From positions 111,042,001 through 111,106,000 of the forward strand of contig OX597817.1 in NCBI GenBank assembly GCA_951406725.2: a stretch of 64,000 bases of DNA, written 5' to 3'. Within the stretch, counting starts at the first letter, position 1. The number at the start of each line of letters is the position of its first letter. The notes under the pieces were generated by a model that was not told the DNA's origin, did no database searches, and saw only the letters and a list, made by a program, of their open reading frames with translations. Below are positions 24,246 to 38,114 of this stretch, piece after piece. The stretch comes from Octopus vulgaris. Lineage: Eukaryota. A program made the translations under genes and the position numbers.

Positions 24246-25639
24246 AGTTGGGTGATTGTTGGTGGCAGGGAAGTAGGGATGAAGATATGCAAGTCTTCAG
24301 GTACTGAAATGAAGCAGAGCTCTTAAGGGGTTTCTGGTATTGAGGATAGATTTCTGGTATATGTGGTGGGGGTGGGAGTGTGTGGGCACATCGCAGAGAA
24401 GCGATAGCCATTCTTAATAGAGAACAATGATGAAAACATGAAATGGAGATAAAACTAAGGTTTCAGGGAACAGTACATGTTAGTATTATGGGTTAGATGA
24501 ATGATTGAATGAAGTGATTAAAATGATAGAATATCTTTTTAGCTTAGCTCTGCATATGGTGAGTGTCAACAACAAAAACAGTGAAGTGAGCAGCATAAAG
24601 GTGTGAGAGAAAACCATGTGCTAAAGGTCCCTGAGGAAAAATACAGGAGGGAACACTCTATATTAGTATACTCAATATAAGATGATGTGGACCTTATGCT
24701 CAATAACTAATATTCATTTCTTTTTCTGTAGACACCAACCAAAATTTCATCTTGCTCTAAATGTGTATGTATGTGTGTATTGTTCATCTACTTTTTTCAG
24801 TAATTGGACTGTGGTCATACCAGGGCATCATCTTGAAGGCTTTAGTCAAACATATCAACTCCAGTACTTATTTTGAAGTCTGATAGTTACTATATAGGTC
24901 TCTTTTGCTGAACCACTTAGTTACAGTGACATAAGCAAATCAACACCAGTTGTCAAGTAGTAGTGGAGGTCACATGCACACATAGTAACACACACATGCA
25001 CGATGGATTTCCACACAGTTTCTGTCTACCAAATCCTCTCACAAGATATTTATTGGCTTGGGGCTATAGTAGAAAACACTTGCCTAAAGTGCCATGTAGT
25101 GGAACTGAACTTGAAACCACATAGTTTCTTAACAGCACAGCCATGTCTGTGCCCACATATAAATATTTCAGAACCAAAGTGACATATTACAAAGTTCATT
25201 CCCTGCCATTTACCATCTAACAATTTGTCATTCCCAAATTCCTTGTTTTACTAGAGATAAGACCATCTCAACCAGCTAGATATAGCAACCAAATCTTCCT
25301 CTAAGGAAGGTCACATTGGATAATGTAGTTCTAAGTATATTGTCTGCATAAAAGAATAGCTGGTCATGGTTGGAATGTTATTGATCGCCACTCTACTCAG
25401 TTAAATTTGGGGGTTAAACAACCACACCAGTAACCACAGAAGCTTGCTTAAGCATTTTACCAATAAAATCTACTTCCTATTTGTACCCTAAACAATCTGT
25501 ACTTTATTCATAATTGGAAGTGGCTTTACTCTAAATAATATCCTGCTGTCTTAGTCACAATACATTAAGTATGAAGCCTCTGCAAATAATATTTAGAAAG
25601 ATTTCTTAGTCATTGTACATTTTGACTGAGGACTTTCTG

Positions 25640-25962
25640 GGGACACAAGCTCACAAACCAATGCGGGAGATTGTACATCATCTGAGGTCCACAGATCCTT
25701 GGTGGCCTACAAAGGTAGTATTTGGCTGCATAAATTGTGATCAGAATCTTAAACGGTTGCAATGTAAATTGTCTAATTAATCAGCTACATATAATTTTTC
25801 CATTACATACATCTTTCAACTGAGAGATAAAACTAGTGAAACAAGTTTGGTGTTAATAAAATTAACTTTTGGAGTAAACAGGTCTTTCAAAAGTGTGGGG
25901 CCCATGAGAAAATTCATATTAACAAAAGGGGTCCTTGATAGTGTAAAAGTTGAGAACTCTGG
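25640..25962. mobile_element. Old hAT (Charlie-like) MITE relic
   Basis: Right end ggggtccttgatagtgtaaaagttgagaactctg resembles ...AAAGGTTGAGAACCACTG hAT termini; left end is decayed. Confidence 0.4.
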
Positions 25963-26713
25963 TTATATATGATCACTCAGCCTGTGAGAAATAGCAGAAA
26001 AATTATCTCAAATCACACTCTGCCATTTACAAAATGCTTTAAAATGAATATAAAATAAATAAATAAAAACAGCAAAACAGAAGAAAATCATTGAGCAGTG
26101 TAGTCTTAGATTTACAAAAGACAGGCTCGTCACAGCTGGAATGTCTTTGATCATATGTTTATTCAGTCAGAACTGACCTGAGGATAAACAACAATTATAA
26201 GGATCTGAGCTATGCTGAAAAGCTCATTCACCAGCAGGAAATTGTTTCCATGTTATTTATGATTTTATTAACTTAGTTTTAGGACAGAACAAAATCAATT
26301 TAATTTTCATGCCTCAGCCAAATAGTCAGTAACCAGTTGATTGTTTTTTATGGACTCTGTCACATAAAATAGGAGCTATCTCTGTAGTATTTATTTACCA
26401 TATTGATTGCAGAAATTAATTCTGGCAAATAAGCTATCTTGATATTTTCTAAGACCATTGTCATTACATGTTTGCTTGACCTGTTAGAAATAATTGCCAA
26501 ATCACACTGTACTATTCTAAGAAAAATGGAAGGAGATTTCAGACAACAATTCTAGGTATTTCTAAAAAAATTATATGGTCACATCAGAAATGCTTCTGAC
26601 CATAGGTTTGTTTGATCAGGGTTTCAGCTGTTGTTAAACAGCAAGCCTATAATTTAATTATTGCAAATTTGCACTTGCAACATTTACCTATGAAAATATT
26701 CTATGTGACAGAT

Positions 26714-26862
26714 CAGTGCTATCATAAGGCATAGGTGCATTGGCTAGTTGCCTAAGGGGTAAGGATCACAGGGATGGAGACCTATATATGCTGTGGCTTG
26801 CTGTCAATAAATACTATATTGCATTGTTTTGCCCAAGGGGTTTAGAATGCTAAGATTACTCT
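26714..26862. mobile_element. Possible old non-autonomous DNA transposon
   Basis: cagtgctatcataaggcatagg...tgcccaagggg...aatgctaagattactct loosely resembles CAGGGCCGTCTTAA-ended MITEs. Confidence 0.3.
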
Positions 26863-28509
26863 AAATCATATATTTCCTTCTGGTAGAAGCTCTCATTTTT
26901 CAGATGGCCAATCTGTGTATATATGTAACATAAGGTCCAGAATCTAATCTGGTAGTGGCTGGCATTGGCAAAAGTTAAGTCATAAAAGTTTGCCACCACT
27001 TTTTGTAATTATTTTCATTATGATTACAACCTGCAACCAAATCTTCCTCAAAATAATGTAGCCTTAGGTATACAAAAATGATGAGACAGCCATGGTCTCT
27101 GATCATGTCTGCTTGGAGAAGGCTGATTTGGTTCTAATTAGAACTACATTATGTTGTATGCTAATTTTTCCAGCATGTGCAATACACTAGAAAACTTAGC
27201 AAGGTAATTCTCTTCCACTAGATTTCCAGTTAATACTGACATTGCTGCTATATTATATTATAGTGTCACTCCATCAATGAAATGTTTATTGGGTCATATA
27301 TCCCATCACTGACATTACATTGCTTCCAGAAACGGCTCTTAAAATTCATTAACTCAGTTTAACTATAAATGATTACCATGTAAGTATATTGTATAATTGA
27401 CAAATGTTTCATTAACTTGATTTCCTAAGCTCACATTCTTCTATGTATTAACTTGGAGAAACTTAGTTTCATTTGACTTAGATACTCTGCAAAATTTTTC
27501 AGCTGTATGCAATGATTTCATGGATAACAAGACATGCTAACATGATATTAGGTGCAGTGTTTTATGCATAATGTTAAATAAACATTTACCGTTTGTTCTT
27601 ATATAATAAAAATGCCTTTGATTTAATGTTTTCTGTACCTTTGTCAACAGTAAAATAAACTTTATTTTAATGTTTGTCTAGGCTGCTGTACTAGTATTTT
27701 AATAGCACATGTCCAACTTTTCAATGAGTCTTAACTCTTTAGCCTTTCACAAATAAGCTTGGCAAAGATTTGTCATAGTGCATAAAAGCAATTCATTACT
27801 GAATCCATTTATCCTGTGTGCATGTACGTGTGTGTGCACATACTTTTTCTTTTAATATGTGTAGATATCTAAAATAAAAAAAATAGCAATGCAAAAGTTA
27901 ATTTCCAATTTTATAGCTGATATGACAGAGAAGAAGCATATGTAAAGCTTGATCCATTTTTAATTCGTTTACCAATACACTGTTTCAGATTCTCAACATT
28001 TATATAATTTATTGAATTTTCCCCCTAAATATCTGTCAAAAGATCTGACAGTAATATGAATGTCTTTTCAGTATTGTGTAACCATGCCCTATCAAACTAT
28101 ACTCAGCTGTTCTGAAAAACTCGTCACACATAAAAGTGTTATATTTCTGTTATGTCATTATGAGAATGAATGTATTCAGCAGAATACAATTAAGAAAATA
28201 TTTTAATTTATGCAAATAGACAGCATTGTTGTTTGTAGACACTTAAACAAATGTTTAACATATCTCTACTGTAAAATGTTTAAACACATGGCACAAACAT
28301 GGCTGTGTAGTTAGTTAAGCAGTTCACTTCACAACAACATAGTTGCGGGTTCAATCTTACTATGTAGCATCTTGGGTGATTCTCTTCTGTCATAATCTTG
28401 GACTGACCAATACTTTGTGAATAGAATATAAAAGATGGAAACTGTGAAGAAGCCCTGTGTGTGCTTGTATGTGTGCATATGCTCACATGCATAGATATAT
28501 TGATAATTG

Positions 28510-28850
28510 TGTAGGTGCTCCCATTCTTACCAGATAACATCTTGATAGATCAATCATTTTTCATTAACTCTTTTGATTCTGTCTTGATATTTACCTCTAC
28601 TGTATCCAACATCTCAGTTTTCTTGACATCTCTACCCATATCAACAATATCTACATGTCCACTTCAAAGTTAAATATTACAATACCCAGAACCACAGCCT
28701 CAAATCCATGGGAGCCAGTCTCCCATTGATATTTACTTTAAATGTTGATCAATCAACTTTCCATATGAGGAGTAAATAAGTGTTTGCCTTTTGTATTCAT
28801 TAAGTACCTGACATTGAAGATAACAACACTCTTGTAGATGTAACAGTATT
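28510..28850 (+). mobile_element. Degraded Penelope-like RT fragment
   Basis: FINSFDSVLIFTSTVSNISV / (frameshift) FLDISTHINNIYMSTS resembles the PLE RT motif F.N.FHP.LKFT..S...L.FLDI.......TS. Confidence 0.45.
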
Positions 28851-31299
28851 TTTAGATGATTATTTCAAATATGTTTTTTGTTTTATCTTTTACTTGTTTC
28901 AGTCATTAGACTGCAGCCATTCTGGGGCACTGCTTTGAAGAAGTCAAATGAACTGACCCCAGCACATTTTTTTTATAAAGCTTAGTACTTATTCTATCTG
29001 TCTCTGTTGCTGAACCACTAAGTTACAGTGGACATAGCCACACCAACACCAGTTGTCAAGTGGTAGTGGGGACAGACAGACACACACTCATATACGATGG
29101 TTTCTTTCAGTTTCCATCTACCAAATCCACTTACAAGGCTTTGGCTGGCTTGAGGCTATAGTTGAAGACACTTGCCCAAGGTGCCACACAGTGGGACTGA
29201 ACCCGGAACCATTTGGTAGAGAAGTAAACTTCCTATCATACAGCCACACTGTGCCTATGTTTTATCTACTTTTTTTCTTTTTTCTTCTTCGGGTGTTGAT
29301 ATAGATTTATCTGTTCTTCCAAATTTTACATTCACATGTAGTCTTAAATGTATTGTTTGTAAAATCAACTATTACATCATGAAATTAAACCAGCAATGTA
29401 TCTGAATGGATCAAGACAAGCAGTAATATACCTAGTTTAAGACTACACAATTCCTATGCTGTACCTTGAGCACTTATTATATGATCTGAATTCAACACCA
29501 TCATAATTAAATAATCAAACCCAAGAACTTGTTTCAAAATTAGAATTTTGAACCAAACCAAATTTTTTTAAGTAAAAAAGGAACAAATTCAATCCTGTTT
29601 TTTTTTAAAATTGACTACACATTTTAGTATTTCTCTCTTTATAACCTACAATAACACAAAGAACACCCTCTTGCATTTGTTTGGTAATATGCTGTAAAGA
29701 GGGACAACAAACTCTTACTTAAATGTTACACAGCTTTTCTTAACCTTTTTTTACCTATGAGAAAACTGAGATAAACTCCATATCTCAGATAACCACTATA
29801 TCGGCATCATCACCATTTAACATCTGTATTTCCATGCTGGTATAAGCTGGCTGTTTCAACAGAAACTAATGAGCCAAAGTATTGTGCAAAGCTCCAGTGT
29901 TTGCTTTGGCATGGTTTTTGTGGTTGGATGACCTTCCTAATGCCAACCACTTTATAGAATACATTGAGTACATCACAATTATTATTTATCATTAAATGTT
30001 TGCTTGTCCTCTTGTTAGTTAGTCAACCACTGTAGAAAATACATGATTGTGGGTTCTGATGCAACACAGCACACAGAGAGCATATTGTCAAGTTGGGGTA
30101 ATCTCTAAACATTTGTTTGACCTACTAGAAATAACACTGCAATTTTGTTCAAAACCACAACCACATTAAGAAATAAAAAGCTAAGAATACATTGAATAAC
30201 AAAGATCTAGACACTCCAAAAAGATAGGTTGGGCATGACCAGAAAGCCATTGGCCATGCATCTACTTGACCAAGGTTGGCCTAGGGCTAAACAGTAACAA
30301 CATAATTTACTTGGTACTGAACTTGAGTGCATTCTATTCTGTTTAAGACCCTTAGGACCAGCAACTGAAATAGAATATTCTTTCTCGTGTAACATTGAAA
30401 CAATTATCATTAATTTATTATTGAAGGCAGACTCATTCTCATTTACTGGAGTTATTAATTGAAAAAGGAAGCTGCAAAACTGCTGCAATTAATTGTTTAA
30501 AAGTGAAATAGAATAAGCTGGTAGTTAGAGAGTTCAGGGATGGTTTTGGTTATTTGCTAGGCTAGAATATCTTAGAAATGCATTAACTGTGTTTTGAAAG
30601 TTAAAACTGAAATCCTGTTCTTCATCCTTTTATTCATTTACCCTATTCCCATGAGCTAATGAGGGAGTCTTTAAGAGTTCCGTAACTTGCTATAATAAGC
30701 TGATAAAATTTTACTAAAATCATTTACTATAATATAAAAAAAAAAGAAAATGGAAATATGTATTGGATGAATTAGTACTGGCTAGGTACTAATAATAAAG
30801 ACATGATTCTCATGCTTAAAATATTTTCCTCCATTGGAGGTCTGGTTGTTAAGGGCTGGCATAGGGTTAAACATCAACAGTAATTAGCTGCCATATATCA
30901 GTCAAACCACATTCTACTGTTTTATAACACAAAGGACACATTAGATATGTTCTTAGCTTCATTATATATCAAGACAGGATGTCTCTGGTTTGAACATTTT
31001 TGATGATAGGGCTGCTTAATCAGAGGTAGAGCTAAGCAACAAAACTCTCACAATGTCAATTTCTGCAACATCCTCAGTCTCCAACATACTATCCCTACCA
31101 CAACTTCTCACTTCTTCTCTTGCTTGTAAATTTCACTATTTGATTCAGTGATACCTGTATGGTATCTTGAACTGTAAATTGTTACTATTGCTGTTAAGCC
31201 CCAAGTCAGATTTAATTGAATGTGCACCTTTGGCCAATATCATTCCAGCCATGAGCATCCCATATTTTTGTAAATTAGGGATCACAAATTCCAATATAT

Positions 31300-31300
31300 A

Positions 31301-31361
<61 letters not shown>

Positions 31362-31380
31362 GTGTATGTATATATATATA
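31300..31380. repeat. Compound (TG)n/(TA)n microsatellite
   Basis: Direct inspection; truncates the STPR-like relic. Confidence 0.95.
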
Positions 31381-31381
31381 C

Positions 31382-31684
31382 ATTTCGCTTGTCTTGAGAC
31401 TCCATTTGATGTGCTGCAGCATGCATTTCCTGATTTTGGTAAAGTTTCATCTCTCTTCTGTATTGAGACTTTGTCTAATACGCTGCAGCATACCTTTGCT
31501 GATCTTGTGAAAGTTTCATCTCCCTTCTCTCTTGAGACTCCATTTAGCGTGCTGCAGCATGTGTTTGCTGATTTTGAGAAAGTCTCATTTCCTTTCTCTC
31601 CTGAGACTCTTGCCTTCAGTTTTCTAAAATCCTCCTTGCTTTATAGTTGTTTCTGGAGAGATTACATCTTTTCTTTGGTGGCAT
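31382..31684 (-). pseudogene. Helitron-like N-terminal STPR (23-aa repeat) coding relic
   Basis: ATG at 31684 reads MPPKKRCNLSRNNYKARRILEN*RQESQERKEMRLSQNQQTHAAAR*MESQERREMKLSQDQQRYAAAY*TKSQYRREMKLYQNQEMHAAAHQMESQDKRN. 69-bp period (units at 31393, 31462, 31531, 31600); three in-frame stops. Confidence 0.75.
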
Positions 31685-31997
31685 TGTAAACAAAAAATTA
31701 TACATGAATCTCTATTTTGGTAAGCAGTTATATGTATGTAGTATAAACAATATTACAGTCTTGTCAAAAGTGAAAGAATAAAAGTAAAACAATATTATAC
31801 TGGCGAAAAAAAAAGGAAGTCAAAAGTGTTTGTGTTACATAATATTGACCATGTGCATAGTTAGTGTTCCTGTCAATACCTGCACTCTGTTAGTAGCAAG
31901 AATGGATGTCTTTTAGACTTAGGCTACCAACATCATTTTCACCCTTACTGCCAGAAAGCGGCTTAAATCTTATCTCATTGTTTCATTGGAGATATTT

Positions 31998-32469
31998 TTG
32001 TGTCCTCACTACCATCAAAAACCACCACTACAATTGTGTCCTCACTACCATCAAAAACCACCACTACAATTGTGTCCTCACTACCATCAAAAACCACCAC
32101 TACAATTGTGTCCTCACTACCATCAAAAACTACCACTACAATTGTGTCCTCACTACCATCAAAAACCACCACTACAATTGTGTCCTCACTACCATCAAAA
32201 ACCACCACTGCAATTGTGTCCTCACTACCATCAAAAACCACCACTACAATTGTGTCCTCACTACCATCAAAAACCACCACTACAATTGTGTCCTCATTAC
32301 CATCAAAAACCACCACTACAATTGTGTCCTCACTACCATCAAAAACCACCACTGCAATTGTGTCCTCACTACCATCAAAAACCACCACTACAATTGTGTC
32401 CTCACTACCATCAAAAACCACCACTACAATTGTGTCCTCACTACCATCAAAAACCACCACTACAATTGT
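31998..32469. repeat. 36-bp minisatellite, 13 near-identical copies
   Basis: Unit ttgtgtcctcactaccatcaaaaaccaccactacaa, head to tail with no spacers; single-base variants in units 4, 6, 9 and 10. Confidence 0.97.
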
Positions 32470-33664
32470 TACATCTATATTTTCTCTTCTAAAATTGCCT
32501 TTCTTTTTGTTTTTTTCAAATACTTTCTTTATAATTATCATAAATAACCTGGAAGGGACAGATGAAATTAGTAGAGTGATGTGGAATGTAGTTATCGCTG
32601 ATGAAAGTGAAAAAAGAGGATTGATGAAAGCTGGGATTTGATATTTATTTTGCTTCTCTGTTTGTAATTTCCTCCATTACAGTGATCATAATAAAAACCT
32701 TAAATCTAGTTAGTCATGGGAGTTGAGTAAATTATTGGTTCCCTTAATAACCAATCCCTAGCTGTATCCATATTCTAAACGCTTCCTGTATTTAAAATCA
32801 TATAGTTAGTTGTGTGTGTGTGTGTGTTGCACTTACCATTTTATGATATTTTGATACCTAATCTTTGTGGAAAGGTATCCCTTAGACATTTAGCTTGCTT
32901 TTCATCAGAAATATGCACTCTAACTTCTGAATCACTCCCTTGATTCAACACATTTCCTAAACTGTATGATATATGAGCCTGTGATGATATCCCTACATTA
33001 TCAGTTGACCTGCTAGAAATAGCATCCAAATCATTCACAATTCATATTCTATTAACTCAAAACTAGATGGACTCTGGATAATGTAGTCAAAAATATGATA
33101 TCTAAAATTAGTTGGGATAGTCATTGCTTGAATGCCTTTAATCAAAGGTCTGCTATAGTAGGTCTACTCTCAAGCTAAACAACAACACCAGAAGTTCATA
33201 TAATTTCCTGTGTACTATTCTATGCCAGGTCTGATATCGCTATTCCCTCAAATGCCATCTTAAAATTAGAGACACTGGACAATGTATACACAAAATAATG
33301 AGTTGGGCATAGTTGGAATATCTTTAATCATATATTTTAATCATAAGTCTGCTCAATGTGGGTTAGCCTGTGGTTCACCAATGCTGACACATAGAGGGTT
33401 TTAGCTGTTGGAAAAGAAACAAAAAGTAATTAAAGTGACATTTAAGTAATAAATTTTGGTAAAAGTTTACATTATATAAACTACTAGTCCAAACATCCTA
33501 ATTGAGGTTATAACTTTTAGTTATGTTTATTATATTGTAACTAATCCCACAACCAACATTAAACAGCTGCAAAAATGAATTTCAGTTCTACAAAAAAATT
33601 CTTTTATGAAAATTTTTTTTGTATATATTAAATATGTATTATCTAACACACACATATACATACA

Positions 33665-34105
33665 CGAGGGGTGTTCATTAAAAATTTCTCCTGACCCACT
33701 TCCTGAGGACTGGGATAAATGAAACCTGGCATAATTATTAATCCTTCTCTACATAGCCACCTCTAATGGTGACACACTTCTCCCATCAATTTATGCAGAT
33801 ATGAAGACCTCATCTGTAGAAGTCGGTAGATTACATCTGGAGCCAAAACTTTACCTCAGAAATAAGTTCATCATCATCCGAAAAGTGTTTCCCCATCAAA
33901 AAAGACTTCATGGTTGGAAAAAGGTGGAAGTCAGATGGTGCAAGGTTGGGAGAGCAAGGAGGATGAGGAAGGATTTCATAGCCACAGGAGAGTGCTTTCA
34001 TCTGCGCAACATGTGCATTGTGAAATGGGGGTGTTATCTTGGAGGAGGCAGACTCCTTTGGTCAGCATGCCACACTTCTCTGCTTTGATGTCATTCATGA
34101 TATTT
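33665..34105 (-). mobile_element. mariner (DD34D) transposase C-terminal relic with one terminus
   Basis: Minus strand: LTKGVCLLQDN...CGYEILPHPPCSPNLAPSDFHLFPTMKSFLMGKHFSDDDEL...WEKCVTIRGGYVEK. Terminus CGAGGGGTGTTCA at 33665. Confidence 0.9.
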
Positions 34106-35294
34106 TAAAAAGCAGAAAATGAGACAGATTGTCATTACTGGAATACATTTGGTCATAGGGTAGATCTGCTCAATTATGACTGACTGGGGCTAAACAACAA
34201 CAATCGTTTGAAACAAACTACTCACATTATTCATCACCTATTTGAGGTGGGTGGGGACTGTATTTTTTGCTCCAGTCATGTAATTATTGGTATTGTCATC
34301 CAAATTTAGATAATATATTTTCCCAATAAATTGTTATATTTAGAAATAGCATTCCCAATATATCCATCCACATTTAGAAATGATATTCTCTATATGTCTA
34401 TTACAAAGCTGAGCAAATTTTTCTTTTCATAGTTATTTTAATTTCAGAATCACTTTTATATCACAAATGTGAACATTAATAGTGGATGTCATGTTAGCTT
34501 TTTATATAATATGACCTGATCTAAGAGTTACTAATCAGTAAAAGATTTAAATATTCTAATCAAATTACCAATAATTTACTGCACTGTTTGTTGTATGGGA
34601 ATTAATTGAAATTCTTTTACAATATTTTGGTGTTTAGCTTAAAAACTACTCTGAATGAGCAGACATTATTCAAGACTTTCCAAGAATGACCAACATATTT
34701 TCTTTTCTGGAACGGTGTATATATTTACTATCCAAGTTGTCCTTCCTTTTTAGTTATTCAAAGAGATTTGGCTGATATTTCTCACAGACTAAGCAGCCAT
34801 GTAGAGACTCTTCTAATGTGTTTATTTGATGTTCTTTTACTTATTTTCATCATGTCCATATATTTTATCCATTCTTTGCATTTAATAGTCACATGTGACT
34901 TCTGTTCAGTGGTAACACACAGGCAAGAGACCAGTTCAAAGAGGAACTAATTGACAAGACTAGTGAATTTTCAGTAAATTGTCTGTTCATGCTAGCAGTG
35001 TGAAATACTTTGACATTTCCTTTAGTCTGACTCCCTCATTTTACTTCTCTCAGTTCACTACTTTAACAGGAAATATTTGAGATATATTCTTGTATCTATC
35101 TAATCAGTTATCTTCAATCAGACAGATAATGAGAGATTTCTTTAGGGAGTAAATATCTGTCTGATTTGGAATTGTTATTAGATTGCCATCTTATTAAAGA
35201 TGTCTTTACACACAAAAGTAAAGGGAGCAGAAGTTGAAGCAAAGTTCAAACTTAAGTATAACTGACTCATCCACTGTTTTTCATACCCCCTTAC

Positions 35295-35338
<44 letters not shown>

Positions 35339-35339
35339 A

Positions 35340-36170
35340 AGAGTGCATAAGATATTTGAGGACAGATTTATGTTTATAAAAAAATATATATATAATAACA
35401 GATAATTTTATTTATCAGAAAATGCTATAAGGATGAAGATAAACCTTCTTTTCTATAATGTTATTCAATAAAGCCACCTTCAGCTTCAATAACTGCTTCT
35501 ATACAAAATCTAAATCGTCTACATGTTCAAATCAAGTGGTCTTGGTTCATTTTGGCCATTATTCTAACTATGGCAGCTTTCAAAGAATCTTTGGTGTTAT
35601 GGGCATGTTCATTGACCTCTCTCTCAACAACGCTCCACACATAATAGTCCAATGGATTGAGATCTAGAGAAAGAGGAACCCAAATGTTATGTGATCACGA
35701 AAATTTTCAGCCATCCATTCCTCTGTTACTAGAGCCATGTGTGATGGTGCAATCTTACTGAAATACATATGGCCTTCCATTGCATACACTGTCTATCCTC
35801 AGCTTAACAACTGTTTCCAGAACCTCACTGTAGACAGCAGAGTTAACTCTAAGGCCTTGTGGAAAGGAGTAAGAAGGCATCATATGTCCTTCATTGCTAA
35901 CAACTCTTGGAACTTCAGAAGGGACTGCACATAACCGTCTGTCATTTCTTTCGTTAACTTTTTGATCTTGGTCAAACTTTTTCTCATCTGAGAAAAACCA
36001 AATCAAATTTTCTGCTGGATTTTTCAGTTTGTTTAAGAGCCTTTTAGATCTCATGTAGTGATTTTCTTTGGCTTTTTCTGACATAATTGACCTTTTCTCA
36101 TCATATAAGACTTGTGTCTGATGTCTTCATGGATAGCATTTCTGATGTTCCTTCTGTCACATGGAGAACT
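35340..36170 (-). mobile_element. maT/DD37D-like (IS630-Tc1-mariner) transposase relic
   Basis: ORF 35755-36084 contains WFFSDEKKF...NERNDR...RPYVFQ*D, continuing in another frame as LDLNPLDYYVWSVVE...IEAVIEAEGGFIE. Internal deletion and stops; adjoins (TA)n. Confidence 0.85.
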
Positions 36171-37532
36171 TAGAGATAATATTGACATATAAAATAAAAA
36201 TTTAGTTTTATGTTATTTACTGTAAGGAGGATTAAATACTTAACTATAAATAATTATATATTTAGTTGAAGGGTTCCAAAAGGGGTCTCAGGGAGTAGCG
36301 TCCCTGCCTTCCTGAGCTAGTTTTCCACTACATTTCTTAAAAATCATGGTGGAGGCTTTGGTCTCGGGTCTACTCATGTTTAGAAACTGAGGTTTAGGGT
36401 GAGCAAGGGAATGCTCCCCGTAGAAAATCAAGCTCCAAAAAAGCCTCATAATAGCAAAGGAGAATGGGCACCAGCCAGCCCAAACTTTTATATAATATAT
36501 ATATATATATCATCATCATCGTCGTTGTTTAACATCTGCTTTCCATGGTGGCATGGGTTGGACAGTTTGACTGAGGGCATTTTAGTTTTGGATACATACA
36601 TTGTATCAGACTGGATTAAAATTACAAACCGTTATTTCTAAAAGAAGAGAATTAATCTTCTTTCTTATCCATCAAGCCCCATATTTATTGGATTCGGATA
36701 TCAAACTGATTGAAATGTAAATAAATAGATTAAAGATAAAGTTAATAGGTCTAGAAATTATAATCTTAATATCTAATCTTATCTAGTGTTTTATAATTTT
36801 TATATTTGTTTCCCTGTTATACATGGTTTAAATATCAGATTACCTTTCTAAGTTTCTTTTGGTTGGAATAATTTTTATTCACCATCATCATCACCATCAT
36901 CCACTTTCCATGCTGGCATATTGTTCTGAGATTATTTAATAATTTAAAATTTATTTTTAAGAAAAAAGTTTTCACGTGTAATATGTAGCTGTTCATAATC
37001 GCAGTGATTTTTTTTTTTGTGCTGTTTACAAAACGTGCAAATTATTCAAAATAAGTCATTTCTGAAGATTTACTACAACTGGTCTTGTCTGGCTTAATTA
37101 AAGTCATGCTAACCGTTCCATTGTTCATATCAGTTTATACTACATGAAAGCTTCCATTTTTATTTGTTATGCCTAACTGAAAATAGGTTAATGTGTTATT
37201 ATGTTGCTTTTGAAAAGTGAGTTTTCTAAATTTAAATGGAGGTTTGATGTTAAACCAGTCATTATAGTTTCCAAGATGATTATTATTATTATATAAATGG
37301 AAAGATTATTTATCCATATGAAACCAATTAATAAGAGTTATTAATGAAAGTCACCTCTAGCATTTAGCAGTTAATATTTTTGACTGCCTGATATGATTCC
37401 CTATTGAATACAATATGGAAGAGTGAGAACAGTCAATTCTTTTATGGTTGGCTGGGTATATCATAAGGCAAGGAAACAAGATGATATTTGCTTGTCTTGG
37501 CAGATAACCACAAATCTCAGTTTTATTATTAA

Positions 37533-37752
37533 CCCTTTCCTTACCAATCTGACTGAAACTGGCTCCGGCTCCGAGTACAAATGTCATGTTTACATAAGTT
37601 TTGAATTAAAATTTTCCACTGAACCTAAGTCACAATTTATGTTCCTAACATTAACTGAATGATGACTAAGTTATTTTACTAAATTCTTTGTTATATTTAA
37701 AGTAATTGAAAGGAACATAGAGCATCTTAAAATAAATACAGTAATGAAAGGG
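37533..37752 (+). mobile_element. piggyBac-type MITE (220 bp)
   Basis: TTAA TSDs at 37529-37532 and 37753-37756; TIRs CCCTTTCCTTAC / GTAATGAAAGGG. Confidence 0.9.
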
Positions 37753-38081
37753 TTAAGGATAGGGGAAAAAAAGTAAGGTTTGATGGTCCTGCTGGAATAA
37801 AAGGTGTCTGATATGAGTGGAATTCCAAAATGAGGAAATTCCTTTTGTAGATTGTGTTTATATTTGGATGCTGAGTTCTATAAAGCGCTAATATTTTGAT
37901 TAGTTATTGCTTTATGAGGGGAGGTCAGTAAAGAGACTAGTAACTTCTACCATTCAGCATTATTATGTAATAAAATAGACCCATTCTATAGTTGAAAGTA
38001 TTAGGTTTGGTAATAATGTTTGTGTGTGTGCATGCATGAATGTGGGCATGTACATGTATGCACGTGTGCATGTGCATGCAA

Positions 38082-38114
<33 letters not shown>

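Noticed and set aside
27329-27385. Exon ending at CAT|GTAAGT
   Set aside because: Stops in all three frames from the nearest acceptor; only the donor is good.
31998-32469. 36-bp repeats as a CRISPR array
   Set aside because: Units are contiguous with no unique spacers, there are no cas genes, and the context is eukaryotic.
31906-32641. Four long ORFs (168-213 aa)
   Set aside because: They arise only from a stop-free 36-bp unit; no splice or composition support.
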